Source: Styela clava
Taxonomy: Eukaryota
DNA: 64,000 bases
Reading direction: 5' to 3'
Assembly (NCBI RefSeq): GCF_964204865.1
Contig: NC_135255.1
Span: 7,502,001 to 7,566,000 of the forward strand
Shown here: piece by piece, positions 42,725 through 58,000 of the stretch
How the letters are laid out: each line of letters begins with the position of its first letter
Position numbering within the stretch: the first letter of the stretch is position 1
The notes under the pieces: model-generated
Databases searched by the model: none
What the model was told of the DNA's origin: nothing
The model's input: the letters and a program-made list of their open reading frames with translations, nothing else
Position numbers and translations under genes: made by a program

Positions 42725-43330
42725 TGTCTGATCCAGGAACTTCGAAAGCATTTCTTGCTTCTATCGGGCAAAAAGTGTCTGGAACAAATAACGAGTTGCA
42801 AAATCATGTTATTCTTTCCTCAGAACATGCTCAGCTTCATAAGCGTTATCGCCATAAGTAAGACACCTTAAAAAAATACAAAGCAATTTTCAACCGCAAA
42901 TTGCCTGTAGATGAGGTGAATAGTATTAGTGGTGTGTGGGTTGTTGGATGTTATCCCCCAGTCTCGGAAACTCAGTTTTACACTTACATACAAACATACT
43001 GATCGTGAGTTTTTATTTGATATACTGTATTTCAAAACATAGCTCATATTTTCAGGTTGTTACAGTTCGGACCCTGACAGCGAAAGAAAATCTGTATATC
43101 CGAGCTCATGTCAGAAGCTCGTACAACAATCTTGTGACCAGAGTGGGCATATTGAAAGTCAAATTTGGAATTCCTCACTTGGCATATTGTGATTGCCTTA
43201 TTGGCAAATCAGGAATGTGCTCCCATGTAATTGCCATAATATACCAATTGATAAATATTAAAAAAACAGACAATGCAATTCTTGAAACTCAGGTTACAAA
43301 ATACCTATGCAGTGGCACAAGCGAGGAAAA
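42725..43330 (+). pseudogene. Relic of a SAP + SWIM zinc-finger transposon protein (ISL2EU/Kolobok-type accessory ORF)
   Basis: KAFLASIGQKVSGTNNEL (SAP-like); YIRAHVRSS..AYCDCLIGKSGMCSHVIAIIY (SWIM CxC..CxH); then (frameshifted) PMQWHKRG. Confidence 0.6.
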
Positions 43331-43807
43331 AGGACATCTGCGGCTATGCTCCCCATACAAAAAATTCAGGTTTGCCCAGTCATTTTATATTTGATACAAC
43401 CATTTTCCTCACTTTTTTCAGAATCTTCAAATTACTGTTCACATGCAACTTGAGGTTTCATAAAATTGGCATGCAAACATTTCGTACAATGCATGATAAA
43501 CCTGAACCAACAATAAAATGATTATGATCCATTGGTGAAATTTGATAATAATTAACTGATTTGGTGCGTGGTACTGATGCATCAATGGCGCAATATTTAC
43601 ACTCGTCATTCATGGCATGAGAATACGCCTTGTTTTAAGATGTATGTTATCTATTGCCCATGTTCATCCTCTCAATACAAACATGAGAGCAAATTTTGTT
43701 TATTGTAGACCTGCAGTTTCAGTAGAATTAACGATTACATGTTTCGTATTTCATAAACGCAATTTCTTAGTTCGATTTCTTGCTTTTCTGATAATCTCTG
43801 CACAGCG

Positions 43808-46800
43808 ATGCCAGATATTAGGAATATTTCGTTAAACAAAGAAAAAACAGTTGTAGAAATACATTGGGGCGATGACCATAAAAGCAGGTTAGTAATTTAC
43901 TATTTCAGTACTGCCCCTAATTCTAGCTTCTCACGTTCGTACGACTTTCACTAGTGATGAAACTTTATATGAGGTGTAACTTGCAATTAATGTCTCTCGC
44001 TTATATATTTCCTGTGTACTGATATTTTAAATTCGACTGTGATCGTATGAATTTAGCAATATGCTCTTTGTAGCTATTTTGTGAATGTATAGTAAAGACG
44101 GTTTATTGGTAGCTTGTAATACAGCTTATATGATGTGGCATAATCAGAGTGACTAATAGCCAAGTTCTTCAATAGGATTTGTCAACCTTTGTCAATCATT
44201 TTGCAAAAAATGGTTGGAAATAAAAAATTTATTACGTGGAATAATTTCAACTAATATTGGCAAATTACATTAATACTTAACATTCATTACTCATCGATTT
44301 TAATCGGTAAGTATGTTGTTAGGTATTTGTCTGTCTGTTTGTTTGTCTGTCTGTTAGATGCACGCGATATCTCACGGAAGCGAGATTGGATCTGCTGCAG
44401 ATTTTGCACGTGCATTCATCATATCTCGTACCAGAAGCATATTGACTTTGGGCGAATTATGTCGTATAATTAACGAGCTATCAAATAATTAGTGATGGGA
44501 CACAAGGTGTCACTATGGAGTAAGAGCGCTGTTTTGGGGATCCCCTAACTTTCGATCGATAAGTCTTCGGTCTCTGGCCGATATTCTCGTTTATTGTTTA
44601 ATTCTTAACTAAGTAAAAATCGTTAAAATGACTCGAATACTGTGTTTCAGCTGGGATGCAATATTGTTGCGTTTGTACTGCCAATGCGACCGCTGCGTTG
44701 ACAAAATTTGCTTAAGTTCACTCAATGAAGACACCTTTGTGCAGTCAGTTAAGCTGGATACAGCGCCAACTGGTAATCAATTTGATACTAACAAAATTAA
44801 TCGTAAAACTATTTAGGTTGACAATTTCTTCAATAAAATTCATTTTCCGAAAGAATTTGATCATGACGTTTAAATTTTAACTGAAATTGCCTCATCTTCA
44901 AAATTTATTTTTCTATGCCCACAGAAATCGAGAACTCAAACATATTCAATATATAAGATATCTGCGTTTACGTAAAAATATATAATGGAGAGTATTGATA
45001 TTTTATATATATATTCCAGATAATGATCTCTTGGTGGAAATTGGAAATGATATCTTCGATAAACACGTGACAAAAATTTCATTGACATGGCTCAGGCTAA
45101 ACTGTTACTGTGATTTGTGTCTTAATAATGCAATTGCTGAAAGACAAACGTCTTTTGTCGATCCGCAAATTAGTTTCATACCATCTGTTGAATATAGCAG
45201 AATTGTAGACGACAGGGATGCAGGATTGTTCGAGTATGTTGTATAGTGCTACAAATTTTGCGTGCTTAAACGAAATATGTTAATTCAAATAGTTCAAATA
45301 GCACAAAATGAACCGAATTTCTCTTATATATACTTTGATTGAAAAACTTTGTTTTTAAAAGGTTTGCGAGTTTCTGATAAATTGTGTAACACAGGCATCA
45401 CATGTACACTTGCAAATAGAAATTCGTCTTTGTCTTTAAAGCAGATGTTTTTTTATGTCAAGTATATATATATTTAAGTACTGGATTCATTGTTTATTGC
45501 TTCAATGCAGGGGTGTGCAACATTTTTTGTCGGTGGGCCATATAATCAACTTCTGACATCTAGGGGGACCACACAAAAAGAGATTGCGGCTATCGCTCAA
45601 CCTTACAGTAATAAATGGTGAAACGGCGAAAGATTTAACGTAGCGAAAAGAGAACAAAATGTTATGTATTTTTACCCATCTGATCAACTTTTTAAACATA
45701 AACTGTGAGATTAAGATATTATGCTGGATGGGGAAAAATCTGCGTGTTGACAAGGGATCAGCGGTCCGCGACCCGCCTGTTGCACACCCCTGCTTTGATG
45801 TAACAATAAAACTACGGGCCAGGACATTCAAAAATTATTTTAAAGGGTGGCAGAACGGGTGATGAAAGTCGGATTCTGTGTGATAAAAGATACTCCAACG
45901 GTGGAAGAAACAGTTATCAAGGTAAGAAGTGTAAAACGTGTGAGAGAGAGAGAATCAAAATTGTAATTGTTCGTAATTTTGTTTATGTATTTTCACAACT
46001 CCAGGTCGCAGAAATGTTTGCTCCAGTGCACGAAACTGTAACGAATAAAGTAGGTTTTTTATTATTTATTTTTTTATTTAAACGATTTTAGAAATAATCA
46101 GAAAACAAAAACGTCATTTCACTTACTACTATTTCATAGGCATTTCACAAATAATCGAGCGGTATCAACCTAGCGTTAAACTAAAAATGCCAGGCATATT
46201 GCTTTTGAAACTGGAAAAAAAATTTACCCGAATCTTTGACGTTCAGACATTAATGGTTTTTAATAAGTAACGAATTAGTGAGAACGAAACTTTTTTTAAA
46301 GTGGAGTAGAAAGATAAATCTATTGATCAACGTATATGATGATTTCGTTTTGTGCAACAAAAGCATCAAGTACAAGTTTATCATAACTTAATATATCAAG
46401 CAATAAAAGTGCTAACATATTTTCTACCTATTTTTTATAATTTACTTTGATTATCTACATATATTTCATTCATATTATCTTCATAAACTTCCAGATGTTC
46501 AATGTTCGAATCCAACCTGGTCCACGAAACACCGCTCATACTGCACTCGGTCTCTGTTACCACCAAGATTTACCGTGGTATGAAACGGAGCCAGGAGTCC
46601 AGTTTCTGCATGCTCTGAAGTAAATTTTACGAGTATTCTTTGATTTGAATATAGAAAGGTCAAATTTCCCGTCGAACAATGGTTAAGACATGTTTCGAAT
46701 AGTCACCTCCGAAGACTTACTGAGTTACTGTGCAAAACGTACTTTTGAGTAATTTTTTATCAAATTGTTTTTATGATCTCTTCAAATATTGTTCCAGGAC

Positions 46801-48452
46801 CAAATTTATAGTTTTGTTCACAGATTTGATGAAGACATCGAAGGTGGAGAGTCTCAGTTTGTGGATCTATTTCAAGTGGCAGAAATTTTAAGAAAGGAAG
46901 ATCCCGAAGCATTCAATGATCTCGCGAGAATTCCAGCAACTTATGAAACAATCGATTACATTCGAGCAAAACCTGCTCATTACGAGACACTAAAACCACA
47001 TATTGAACTGGATTATTTCGGAAATGTGAGTTTCAGAAGCGAAAATAGCGTTCCATTAGCATGTCGGTTGATTTTGAGATATCGATTCATATATTAGTTG
47101 TGCTTGTAAATTAAATCGCTAAAATAAATCTAAATTTCATAAATACATTTCCTTAAAGATCTAAATTTGACACTCGACAAACAGATCAATAAAGTAGGGT
47201 CGAATTGTGGCAACAAGGCGATAATTGGGATATGGCAACATATATTAGAACTTGTGGATAATGTCAGCTTTGAATTACCGCGTTGTTGCCACATTTCGAC
47301 GCCGTCGTTGTCAGTTTTTATTAATGCCGTTATTGCTTCTTTGGACAGTTACAAAATTAGCCAAGTCAGTTAAATAAACAAATAACTGGCGGCGCCCCTA
47401 TAGACTTCTCTCACGTATTTTCTGGGTCAGAAAATACGATATCTATAAAATATATCAATATAGGGGTTGCTTCGCGTAAAAGTAACGTTTTATATTGTAA
47501 CTTATACATATGATTGAATAGAGTAGGGTATACCTAACTACTAATCCGTTTTCTCTCATGTTGGTTGGTATACACTGTGACATGAAGAATTTTATAGCGA
47601 GAATAAATGATGCTGCATATAGTGGTTCAAAAGTCTTACACCATACTTTTTCAAGGTTTATTCACATTGGTTTGTCACATTTGGCCGGGCTTCAATCTAT
47701 ATATTTATATGAATTCAAAACTTTCTGGTTATAGGTTGTAGCTTTGCATTGGAATCCGGGTGTGGAAGGAACACTGCGAGCAAAGGGTGACGACGTGAAG
47801 AAATATTACAGAGGCTACAACAAACTTTTGGGAATCATAAGACGGAAAGAACTTGAGGTAGATCTGAAAAACCAGTAAAGGAAGTAGTATCAAAGCCATA
47901 TAAGTTAACTAAATGTGCAATCCATGAATCAGGATACATCTTTTCCAGTGAATTTTATACTCGCATGAATCAACTCCTGGAATCCAACAATGACACTATT
48001 TAAGCAACGTTGTTGCCTTTTGTCAGCACTAATCAAAATAAGCTATATAATTTCGAATGATATATTTATGAAAAAAGTACTCTTTCTCGCAGTGGGCATT
48101 CAGAATGGATGCTGGTGACATTATTGTCTTCAACAATCATCGAATGGTACACGCAAGAAAAGCGTATTCTTCGAAAGAAAATGGACAGAGACATTTGCAG
48201 GTAAGCATTGCCGTCGTTTTTACTTATCTCGCAATGGGTAATTTAAGATCGCGATGTGCTAATTTGCGAATTTATACAATTTTCTTGACTTACGACGGGA
48301 CTGAATGTTTTTAGTTACTTTTACTGTATGTTATACGTTTTCAGGGTTGCTACATCAGTTTGGACGAGTTTCGTAGTGTGTATGTTACACTTGGAGAATC
48401 GCTGAACAGAGAAGTCCCGTTGTTCAAAGTTGGCAATAAAAGCAGTTTCTAA
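43808..48452 (+). CDS. Gamma-butyrobetaine dioxygenase-like (BBOX1/TMLHE family Fe(II)/2OG dioxygenase)
   Basis: Exons 43808-43887, 44651-44772, 45020-45233, 45846-45921, 46005-46049, 46495-46619, 46824-47025, 47735-47857, 48093-48200, 48345-48452 (phases compatible). HQD iron motif, PGVQFLH, GGESQFVD, FNNHRMVHAR, RHLQGCY. The true start may lie in an upstream exon (ATG at 43617). Confidence 0.9.
44286..44592 (+). mobile_element. HINE/DINE-1-like element, diverged full copy in a BBOX-like intron
   Basis: Same subTIR/IR, GTCT microsatellite, gatcgataagt and terminal stem-loop as 5917-6207. Confidence 0.8.
45508..45792. mobile_element. hAT MITE
   Basis: CAGGGGTGTGCAAC...GTTGCACACCCCTG; TSD cttcaatg / ctttgatg. 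Confidence 0.8.
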
Positions 48453-48723
48453 TTAATATACATAATTGTATTTTCTTAATGTATATATAAAAAATAAATT
48501 TACCTAATTTAAATCAAAGTGGATACTATATATACAGTTTTACTGTACTGTACAATATACTCTATATATATATATATATATTGTTTGTTCAATATAAATT
48601 TCGACAATAAATAAAATAATAATTGATTTCACTTTCATGCAGGAAAAAGTGCAAAATAAATATGTTGGTTTTTACAGTAAATAGACATAGACGAACATTC
48701 GAGAGTTTCTTCATAATCTAAAG

Positions 48724-49491
48724 CAGGGTGGTCCAAGGTTGTCGGCATCGGAGGCCACAGTATTAATTTTGAGTTGTTCGCTGACCACATTAGTCCCAGG
48801 ACATTTGATTATCATTTATCATTAATCAATGTTTTCATAGCAACAAATACTTTCGTAGTTGAAAGTCACTGATTGAGATGGTCAGCTTTCCTTTAGCACT
48901 CACGTTTAACAAGCAACCCCATAAATCACTGAAGATTGATCGATTACTTAATTTAGGCAATATAGGCAAGTAGCCTACAACAGGGTAATTTCCCGACATT
49001 AATTGATATTTACTAAATTTTCTTACATATAGGCACCAACTTTGTTTTTGTGTCACTGTTCACGCTGATTAAAAAAGACAATGCGGCAGGGAGTAATTGC
49101 TATAGGCTGATATTTAGTTTTCTATACGAATATTCAAGAAAGTAAGAGATCAATTTTTGGAAGTTAAGTCATTCAAGCGTGTCGAAATTGATAACTGATT
49201 TTTAAGCCAGTTTAGGCTGACCAAACACACTTTTTTGAACCCTACCAAATTCACTGACTGTTTTAGCTATCCCTGTCACAATTAAATTCAACTACGTTTG
49301 GTGATGCGACAATGTGTAACAAGATTTTTCCGGTTATTTTTATCACGAAACAATACCAAAATGCTATTTTTTGGTTGTCACCAATTATGACCTATATATA
49401 TATATATATATATCAGCAAATGTGACGCATGCCGCAGATAATAATACAGCGGGCCACATGTGGCCTGCGGGCCTGGGTTTGAACCCCCCTG
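48724..49491. mobile_element. hAT non-autonomous element between the convergent BBOX-like and CAPSL 3' ends
   Basis: CAGGG...CCCTG termini; perfect 8-bp TSD atctaaag. Confidence 0.85.
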
Positions 49492-49592
49492 ATCTAAAGT
49501 TCTAATCGAATTCCGGTGAAATATACGGCACATGGCCAGTGGAACGTAGACAATAAAAGAATAAATAAATATTAAGTAATGAAGAAGTTTAA

Positions 49593-51464
<1,872 letters not shown>

Positions 51465-54289
51465 TTATACTGTTGAATGAAACTGAACAACATTTGTTTA
51501 AATCGTTTTTCATTTAAAAGCTTTTATTATAGAGATTAGTGAATTATATCATATAGCAGATCGGTATCGGCTTTGTGGAAGGATAGAGCACATAATTTCA
51601 TTTATGTATCTATAAATTGAAACTAGTCAAAATTCCTGTGCTCATCTCAATTGCACATGTCTGTATAATTTCAATCCCTCGAGAGACGCAATAAAAATGT
51701 AGCTCCAAATGCTCGTTCTTCTATAGATTTGCCTTATATTATGGAGTATGGACCGCGTATTAGAGCATTTGGTGTATTCGAAACAATAATGCGCTTTTAC
51801 TATTGGTATTTACTTTCACAATTATCCACCAAACGGATTTCCTACTAACTTCTGTATACAAAAGACTTGACCACTGAGGGTAGTCGCCAGTTATAAATAC
51901 CAGTTGATTGCCATATACGTAACAATCCCGTTTTTGAACTACCATTGACAAGAGACGAAGACTGACTATGTTTAAACTGCTAAATCATTTGTATGCATAT
52001 TGTCTATAACCACTTACTCAATAACAAACCATAACCACGCACTTCTCGTTCTTTTATACACCTAATGAAGCAATATGGAATGTAAAATCGTTTACATCAA
52101 AAATGTTGGCTCACACAAAAACACGTTACTTTTTTACAAACTCTTACGCTCAAGCATTTGCGATCGCATAAGTGGGCAGAAGTGCTTACCAAAGTATCTC
52201 GTGCCACATTCATAATGACAAAGAAAAAATCCAAGCTGAAATTTGATACTTTTCTTTTAATACATCTCGCCTATTCCAATTTGGATCGAATCTCAAATGT
52301 GCCCTTTGATGAAACTTTACAAAGTCGTCTAAAATTCAAATATCAGAAATCGCTCTTAACCTCATGCTTTTGAAAATTTTCGAGTATAAATCCTCTAATT
52401 TCATATCTTCATAAAGTATTTAAAGCAGCATTTCACATCTGAAAGTAATTTCTTGATCTTCTATCCAGCTCATCGCATCGGAGTTACTGCGTTACTAATA
52501 TGGCCACTGATTTATGGCTGACCACTCCCATTTAGCTAAGGAAGACTTGCGACAACTTACTGCTGGCAATAAAATAGTGCTCAAGAATTTATTACATAGA
52601 AACACTAATATTTGCTTGAATCAATAATAATGGCCGGGCATGACATATATATATATATGGTGTATTTATAAGGCGTCAACCGTCCAAACGAGAACTGTAT
52701 CCATACTGCGTAACCTTGACAAAAAAAAATGTTGATAACCGTAATTAATACACGAACGGGTATGGTATGGAACGCGTCATATTCGTACAATATTCGCTTA
52801 TGATTGGCAAGAAAAAAGGTTTAATTGCGTTGTATAATTGTTGTCTTCTCTTATTGGTATATAAAGTTGATGCACTTGCCCTGTAAATTACAAATTGTAT
52901 GCCTCAAGAAAGTACCTTAATTACTTTGTACAGCACAGGGTACCCTAAGTCCTAAGATACTATGCAACAATTCGAAAACTAATACAATCGCAGACTGTGA
53001 TTTGTTCTGTCGCTGTTCCTGAAACAAATTTAAAGGTAGCTTACTTTTTTTCCTTTCATGTCTGAATGCTATAACAAAACCGGTAAATTGGTACACACAC
53101 TGCATCCGTTTGCGCATCGATGTTCAAAAGTCGGTTTACAAATAAATTATTCAAATTCTCTGTTTTGATGCGGAGAATTTATATCCAGTCTAATCAACGC
53201 GAAAGTACGTTGCAAAGTGCCGTCACCGGACATACGACAAAAAGAGCGGCCATTTACTAATTTTGCTTACACCATGGTCGTTAGACTCGTTACCACAAAT
53301 GGTAGCATAAATATTTAGTTAATATTCTAGAACTGATCTCGATTCTTTAACACTCTGGTTTCTCCTCATTACACGAACAAATCTTTCGCCTTTTACTAAA
53401 AATTTCCGTGGGGAGGAGCGCTCAATGAGTCTTCACTTATTTTTTTGCCCGGCCGAGCTCGGGTTTTCACTAATAAATTCGCTTCGATTATCGTAGGAAG
53501 CATTATTCAGGTAGGGGTTTTTGTCAAGCGAACATGGACCGGATTAATGTTCCCTCGAAGAAAATTTTACACTGAGCAAATGTTTGTTTCAGTGAGCAAG
53601 AATATTTTGAGGCTGAATTAGCACAATCCTAAAGACTGTACAAACTTTGTGAAATATTATTATGGCATTATGGAGCATCCAGAGAAATCAAGGTACAGTT
53701 TTTGGACTTAACAGACACGTGTGTGACATAATAACGAACGGTGGTGAGCAAAATACACGTGAAACATTGACGAACCACACTTTGAAACGCGAGGCTGCAA
53801 GAGCGCGGGATTGAGATTTCATTACGCAAGTGGTTTGGGGTTACTGCACAATGCGCACCTTGAAGAAAGCCTTGAACCGGACCTCTGTAGTAAAATCGAT
53901 AAACTTCTTGACAGCAACTCGGGATAGATAGGATTTTTTAACAAGCGTTTGGAATTGGGAAGCAAATCGGTTGTCATTCGTACTATATATAATTGTCACC
54001 TGTCCGCAAAAATGATCTTGTACTGAACTGGTCACTGTCGCATAAGATTGAATACTGTTCTCAAAACCAAACCCGATTATCTAACAAGTGGTGTATACAT
54101 TCTTATCTTAAACGAACAGCAAAATAAATGCGGAATTCAAAGCAATCTGATGTAGCTGCAGAAGAGTATTCAGGACTGCAAAAACTTGATAATAATGGAC
54201 GTTATTAGGTATAATCTACGCAAAGCTGAAAAAGTGTCTCAAATTTAATCACACGGCTGGTATTTTACAACGACTAACATAGCCTACAT

Positions 54290-54585
54290 CAGGGGTGGGC
54301 AACCTTTTTCGGCTCGCGTGCCAAAATCGGCTAAATTTAGCGACAGAATTCTTCCGCGTGCCGACCAATATTAAAAACAATGCTTTGCTACTGTCAAAGA
54401 AAAAAACTTTTTTACATGTACAGACAGATCCACTATTCGGTAAAATATCAGTCCGGCAAATAGATTTTATTACTTTTCTTATTAGTCTATATTCAGTTAG
54501 TCTGTTCTATATTAGTGAGACTTCTGCTGCTGCAATACCGCTGATAGACAATTTTGGCACGCGTGCCAGGGGTTGCCCACCCCTG
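54290..54585. mobile_element. hAT MITE
   Basis: CAGGGGTGGGCAACC...GGTTGCCCACCCCTG; perfect 8-bp TSD gcctacat. Confidence 0.9.
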
Positions 54586-55062
54586 GCCTACATGGTATTT
54601 GACATACACGGTATTTGTTAATCAGTGGGACAAAAAGACTCACAAGGATCGCACTGCAGATGGAATCGCTAGAAGGAGGTAACGAATCAATCAATATGCT
54701 ACGTGCGTAGTAGAAAAAAAAGTTGAACCTTATTGAACTCTTGACTTGTTTGTTATTCTTTCGATGGCGCCGGCGTGCGAACGATCGCGATGTTTTCGCT
54801 GGTAAGTCATATAGAGATGACTTCCACAGCGAAAGTGTACATTCACTGTCGTTTGTTGTATACCCGTAACGGTTAATTATTATGTGCGGTAGACTATCAG
54901 TCAAACAGAATATTTTAACATTATCGGTTAATCTATTAATTGTGTTTGTTTATTAATCTTGAGGTTTATTGTAGGATATGATAAAACAGTAAAACGATCT
55001 CTAGATCTTGTAACACACTAACATGAGGCTTTGTCGACCAACATCGTGGGCAATTTTTTGAC

Positions 55063-58000
55063 ATGGTTTTCGGTAGAGTTTTCGTTTGTCCATTAATGCT
55101 GGGTCTTACTCTTCTCCTGCTAAGCAGTGAAGTTTTGGTGGCAAAAGCAAATGTTCGTAATGGGGATGTTTTTCTTGAAATTAAGGCAAGATTGGACAAG
55201 AATACAGTAAGTCACAAACACTTCTGCTGTTATGATTTTGTTAAATTTCACTTTATTTCGCTTAAAGCTTTAAAGTCTAAAAAATTGTAAGTCCTGAAGT
55301 CAGTACTGCAGTGAAGACTTTTAAAACTTTCAGACTTTGTTAATTTTATGTCACGGGTGATAAAATATAGTTAAAGAATCTAACTATTAGCGTGTTCTTT
55401 TTGAATAGGCAAATACTACAGTACGGTACTAGTAGTACTAACTTTACATATTTTTTCTAGACAGTTAGAGAATCATTCTTCACAAATGTTCAGGACAATT
55501 CCGTCATTATGCATTTTCAGCTTCATAATGGAATGATTTGTTACCTCGCTTATGATTTTTCTAATGTAAGTAAAGTGCTGTACTGTATCAGCTTATATTA
55601 TTTATTTATATAAAATTTCAGTTCTATTCAAGTAATCAACAAGATTGAAATTTCTCATATAAAATATGTTGTAATCAATACCTAGTTCATGGTGTTTTAC
55701 TATTTTAATTGGCTTCTACATTGTATTCTTTGCTGCAACTTATTCTTTTTTGTTACAGGAAATCAAAATCTTCAAAGTTGATGTTCTTGGTGAACCAGAG
55801 TTGGGACAAAAACAATATCAATCATTATGTTTTGTAACAAAGTTGCATAAAAATGACATCATTGCATCTGATTCTATGGCGAAGTTACGTCAGGTATGTA
55901 GATCTAATTATTTTTTTTTTTTCTGATCAAATAGGCCTAACTTCTCTAGCCTTGAAGCAACTGTCTGCAAACTACGGTACGCAAGCCAATTGCGGCCTGC
56001 AAAAAAATTTTTTGTGGCTCTCAAAATTCCTTCATTTCCATGCATCAAAACTGAAATGTTCATAATATTGTTGATTATAGGCGTTAATTGATGCGCCCCG
56101 CATGCTACCAGAAATGTGTTTATTTGGCCCAGTAATACATAAAGTTTGCCAAACACTGTCTCAACGGCTATATATCCCAATTGATATTGGGAAAATATCA
56201 TGATTTATTTTCTTGTGTCAAGCAGTTAAAAAGAATTGTATGGCACCCCCTTAGGTATTGACTTCAGGAAGCTAACTTTTCAGTGACATTGTTACATTTT
56301 TATCAATATTAAATTAAAAGCGGTAAATTTTGTGTATTTATTATTCTTTAGGCATGGTAAAAAATTTAATGAATTGTTTTGGTTATAAGGAATAAACAAA
56401 CAATTTTCTTTTTAAAAAAATGTTATTGTACTTCCTGTATTCCTAATTGTCCAAACGATTATTTTATATTCTGATATTTTGGCTACAAATTAACTTGCAT
56501 TACACCTATTGATGACAGAAGGTATAATTATCTTTTATACGGGTGGACTTATTATATTAGAGTATTTTAACATCATTCATATGTGACTCCATTTCTGGCT
56601 TGTATCTCAGATTTATTTTCAGAAAAAACCCACTATTAAATTACATGCTCTGATAGTTTTATATGAGTTTTCAATTTCCTGTGTTTTGTATTTGAATGTA
56701 TGAAATTTGATTATTCGTCTATAGACTTTTAACAACCATAAAATCGACAATGCGTATTAACAATAAATCTTCCATATTTTCCATTTGATCTCGGGTTTTT
56801 ATGTATAGGATAATAGGTATTAATGAAAAATTTATTTATGCGGTGTGCGTGACATTTTTCAAATTGAATGGATTACTTAGCCAAATGGGGAATACAACAT
56901 AACTAACTGTGTGCTTTATCATAAAGACATATTTGATCATGTGTTATTTCTTCATATAGTGTTTGTTTGTGGTAGGTGGGTTATGGAATGAATAAACTTT
57001 CTTGATCGCCAGAATGTTTTAACTTCACCAGTACCATACTGGTGTTTAAAAAAAGGGAACATAATTACTAAATATCAAAATCAGTAATGTTAAGAGTATT
57101 CAGAATATATTTTATGATATGTAATTGTTACCAGTTATTCTTATGTTCCCAATTGATCATACATTGGACCACGGTTTTATTGAAAGCATGTTTTTATCTA
57201 GTAAACAAAGTTTCTATGAGTCATACATCACTTCCGAACATTTTCTCTATAGTGCTAATAATTTCGAGAAATTATTCATCTTGTTTTCGAGGTCTTTTAT
57301 TTTTTTCTAACATATTCTGAATCTTAATTGTTTCTATGATAAGTTTATTACGCAACTCTTGTCTATTTTTGTTTATTTATCGATTTGTTACTTAATTTAC
57401 ATATTGAATACCGAAGATGGTATTAAATCATTGAATTTATTATCTTACCGCAGTGTTTATGAGTTATTGCGGTTAAAAGGCATTGCCATGGATTTTCAAT
57501 ATTAAAAATTGAATTGAAATTATGTTTTTTATATTTACAAGTCTAGGTAAACATCTGTAGACTTTAGGACAAAATTTTTTTCAAGTTTTTTTTTATTGTA
57601 GAAATATTTTAGGGCATATTTTTAATAAACTTTCTCTACCTTGGTAATATTACTTCTCATTTTATATTGGATGGCTATAACTAATAACTAGGTACTTATT
57701 ATATGTGTACTTTTAACATATAAACAAGTCATTATAAGGTTACAGTAGCCACCTGTCAGTTTATAGATAATCCATTAATTGGCACTTGTGAGATGATCTG
57801 TTCTGGTTCATCAAGATTTGATATGGCAATATCTGGTTCATCTACTTTCCGAGTAGTTATCATTGTAAATAATGAATACTATATTTATATATATATTTGT
57901 GCCTCAAAGCACCCTAGTATGCAACTTTACTCGCAAATTAAATGAGGGAATGATAAAGACGATTTTATTATGTTCTTAATTTTTTATGTTGATAATTTAC

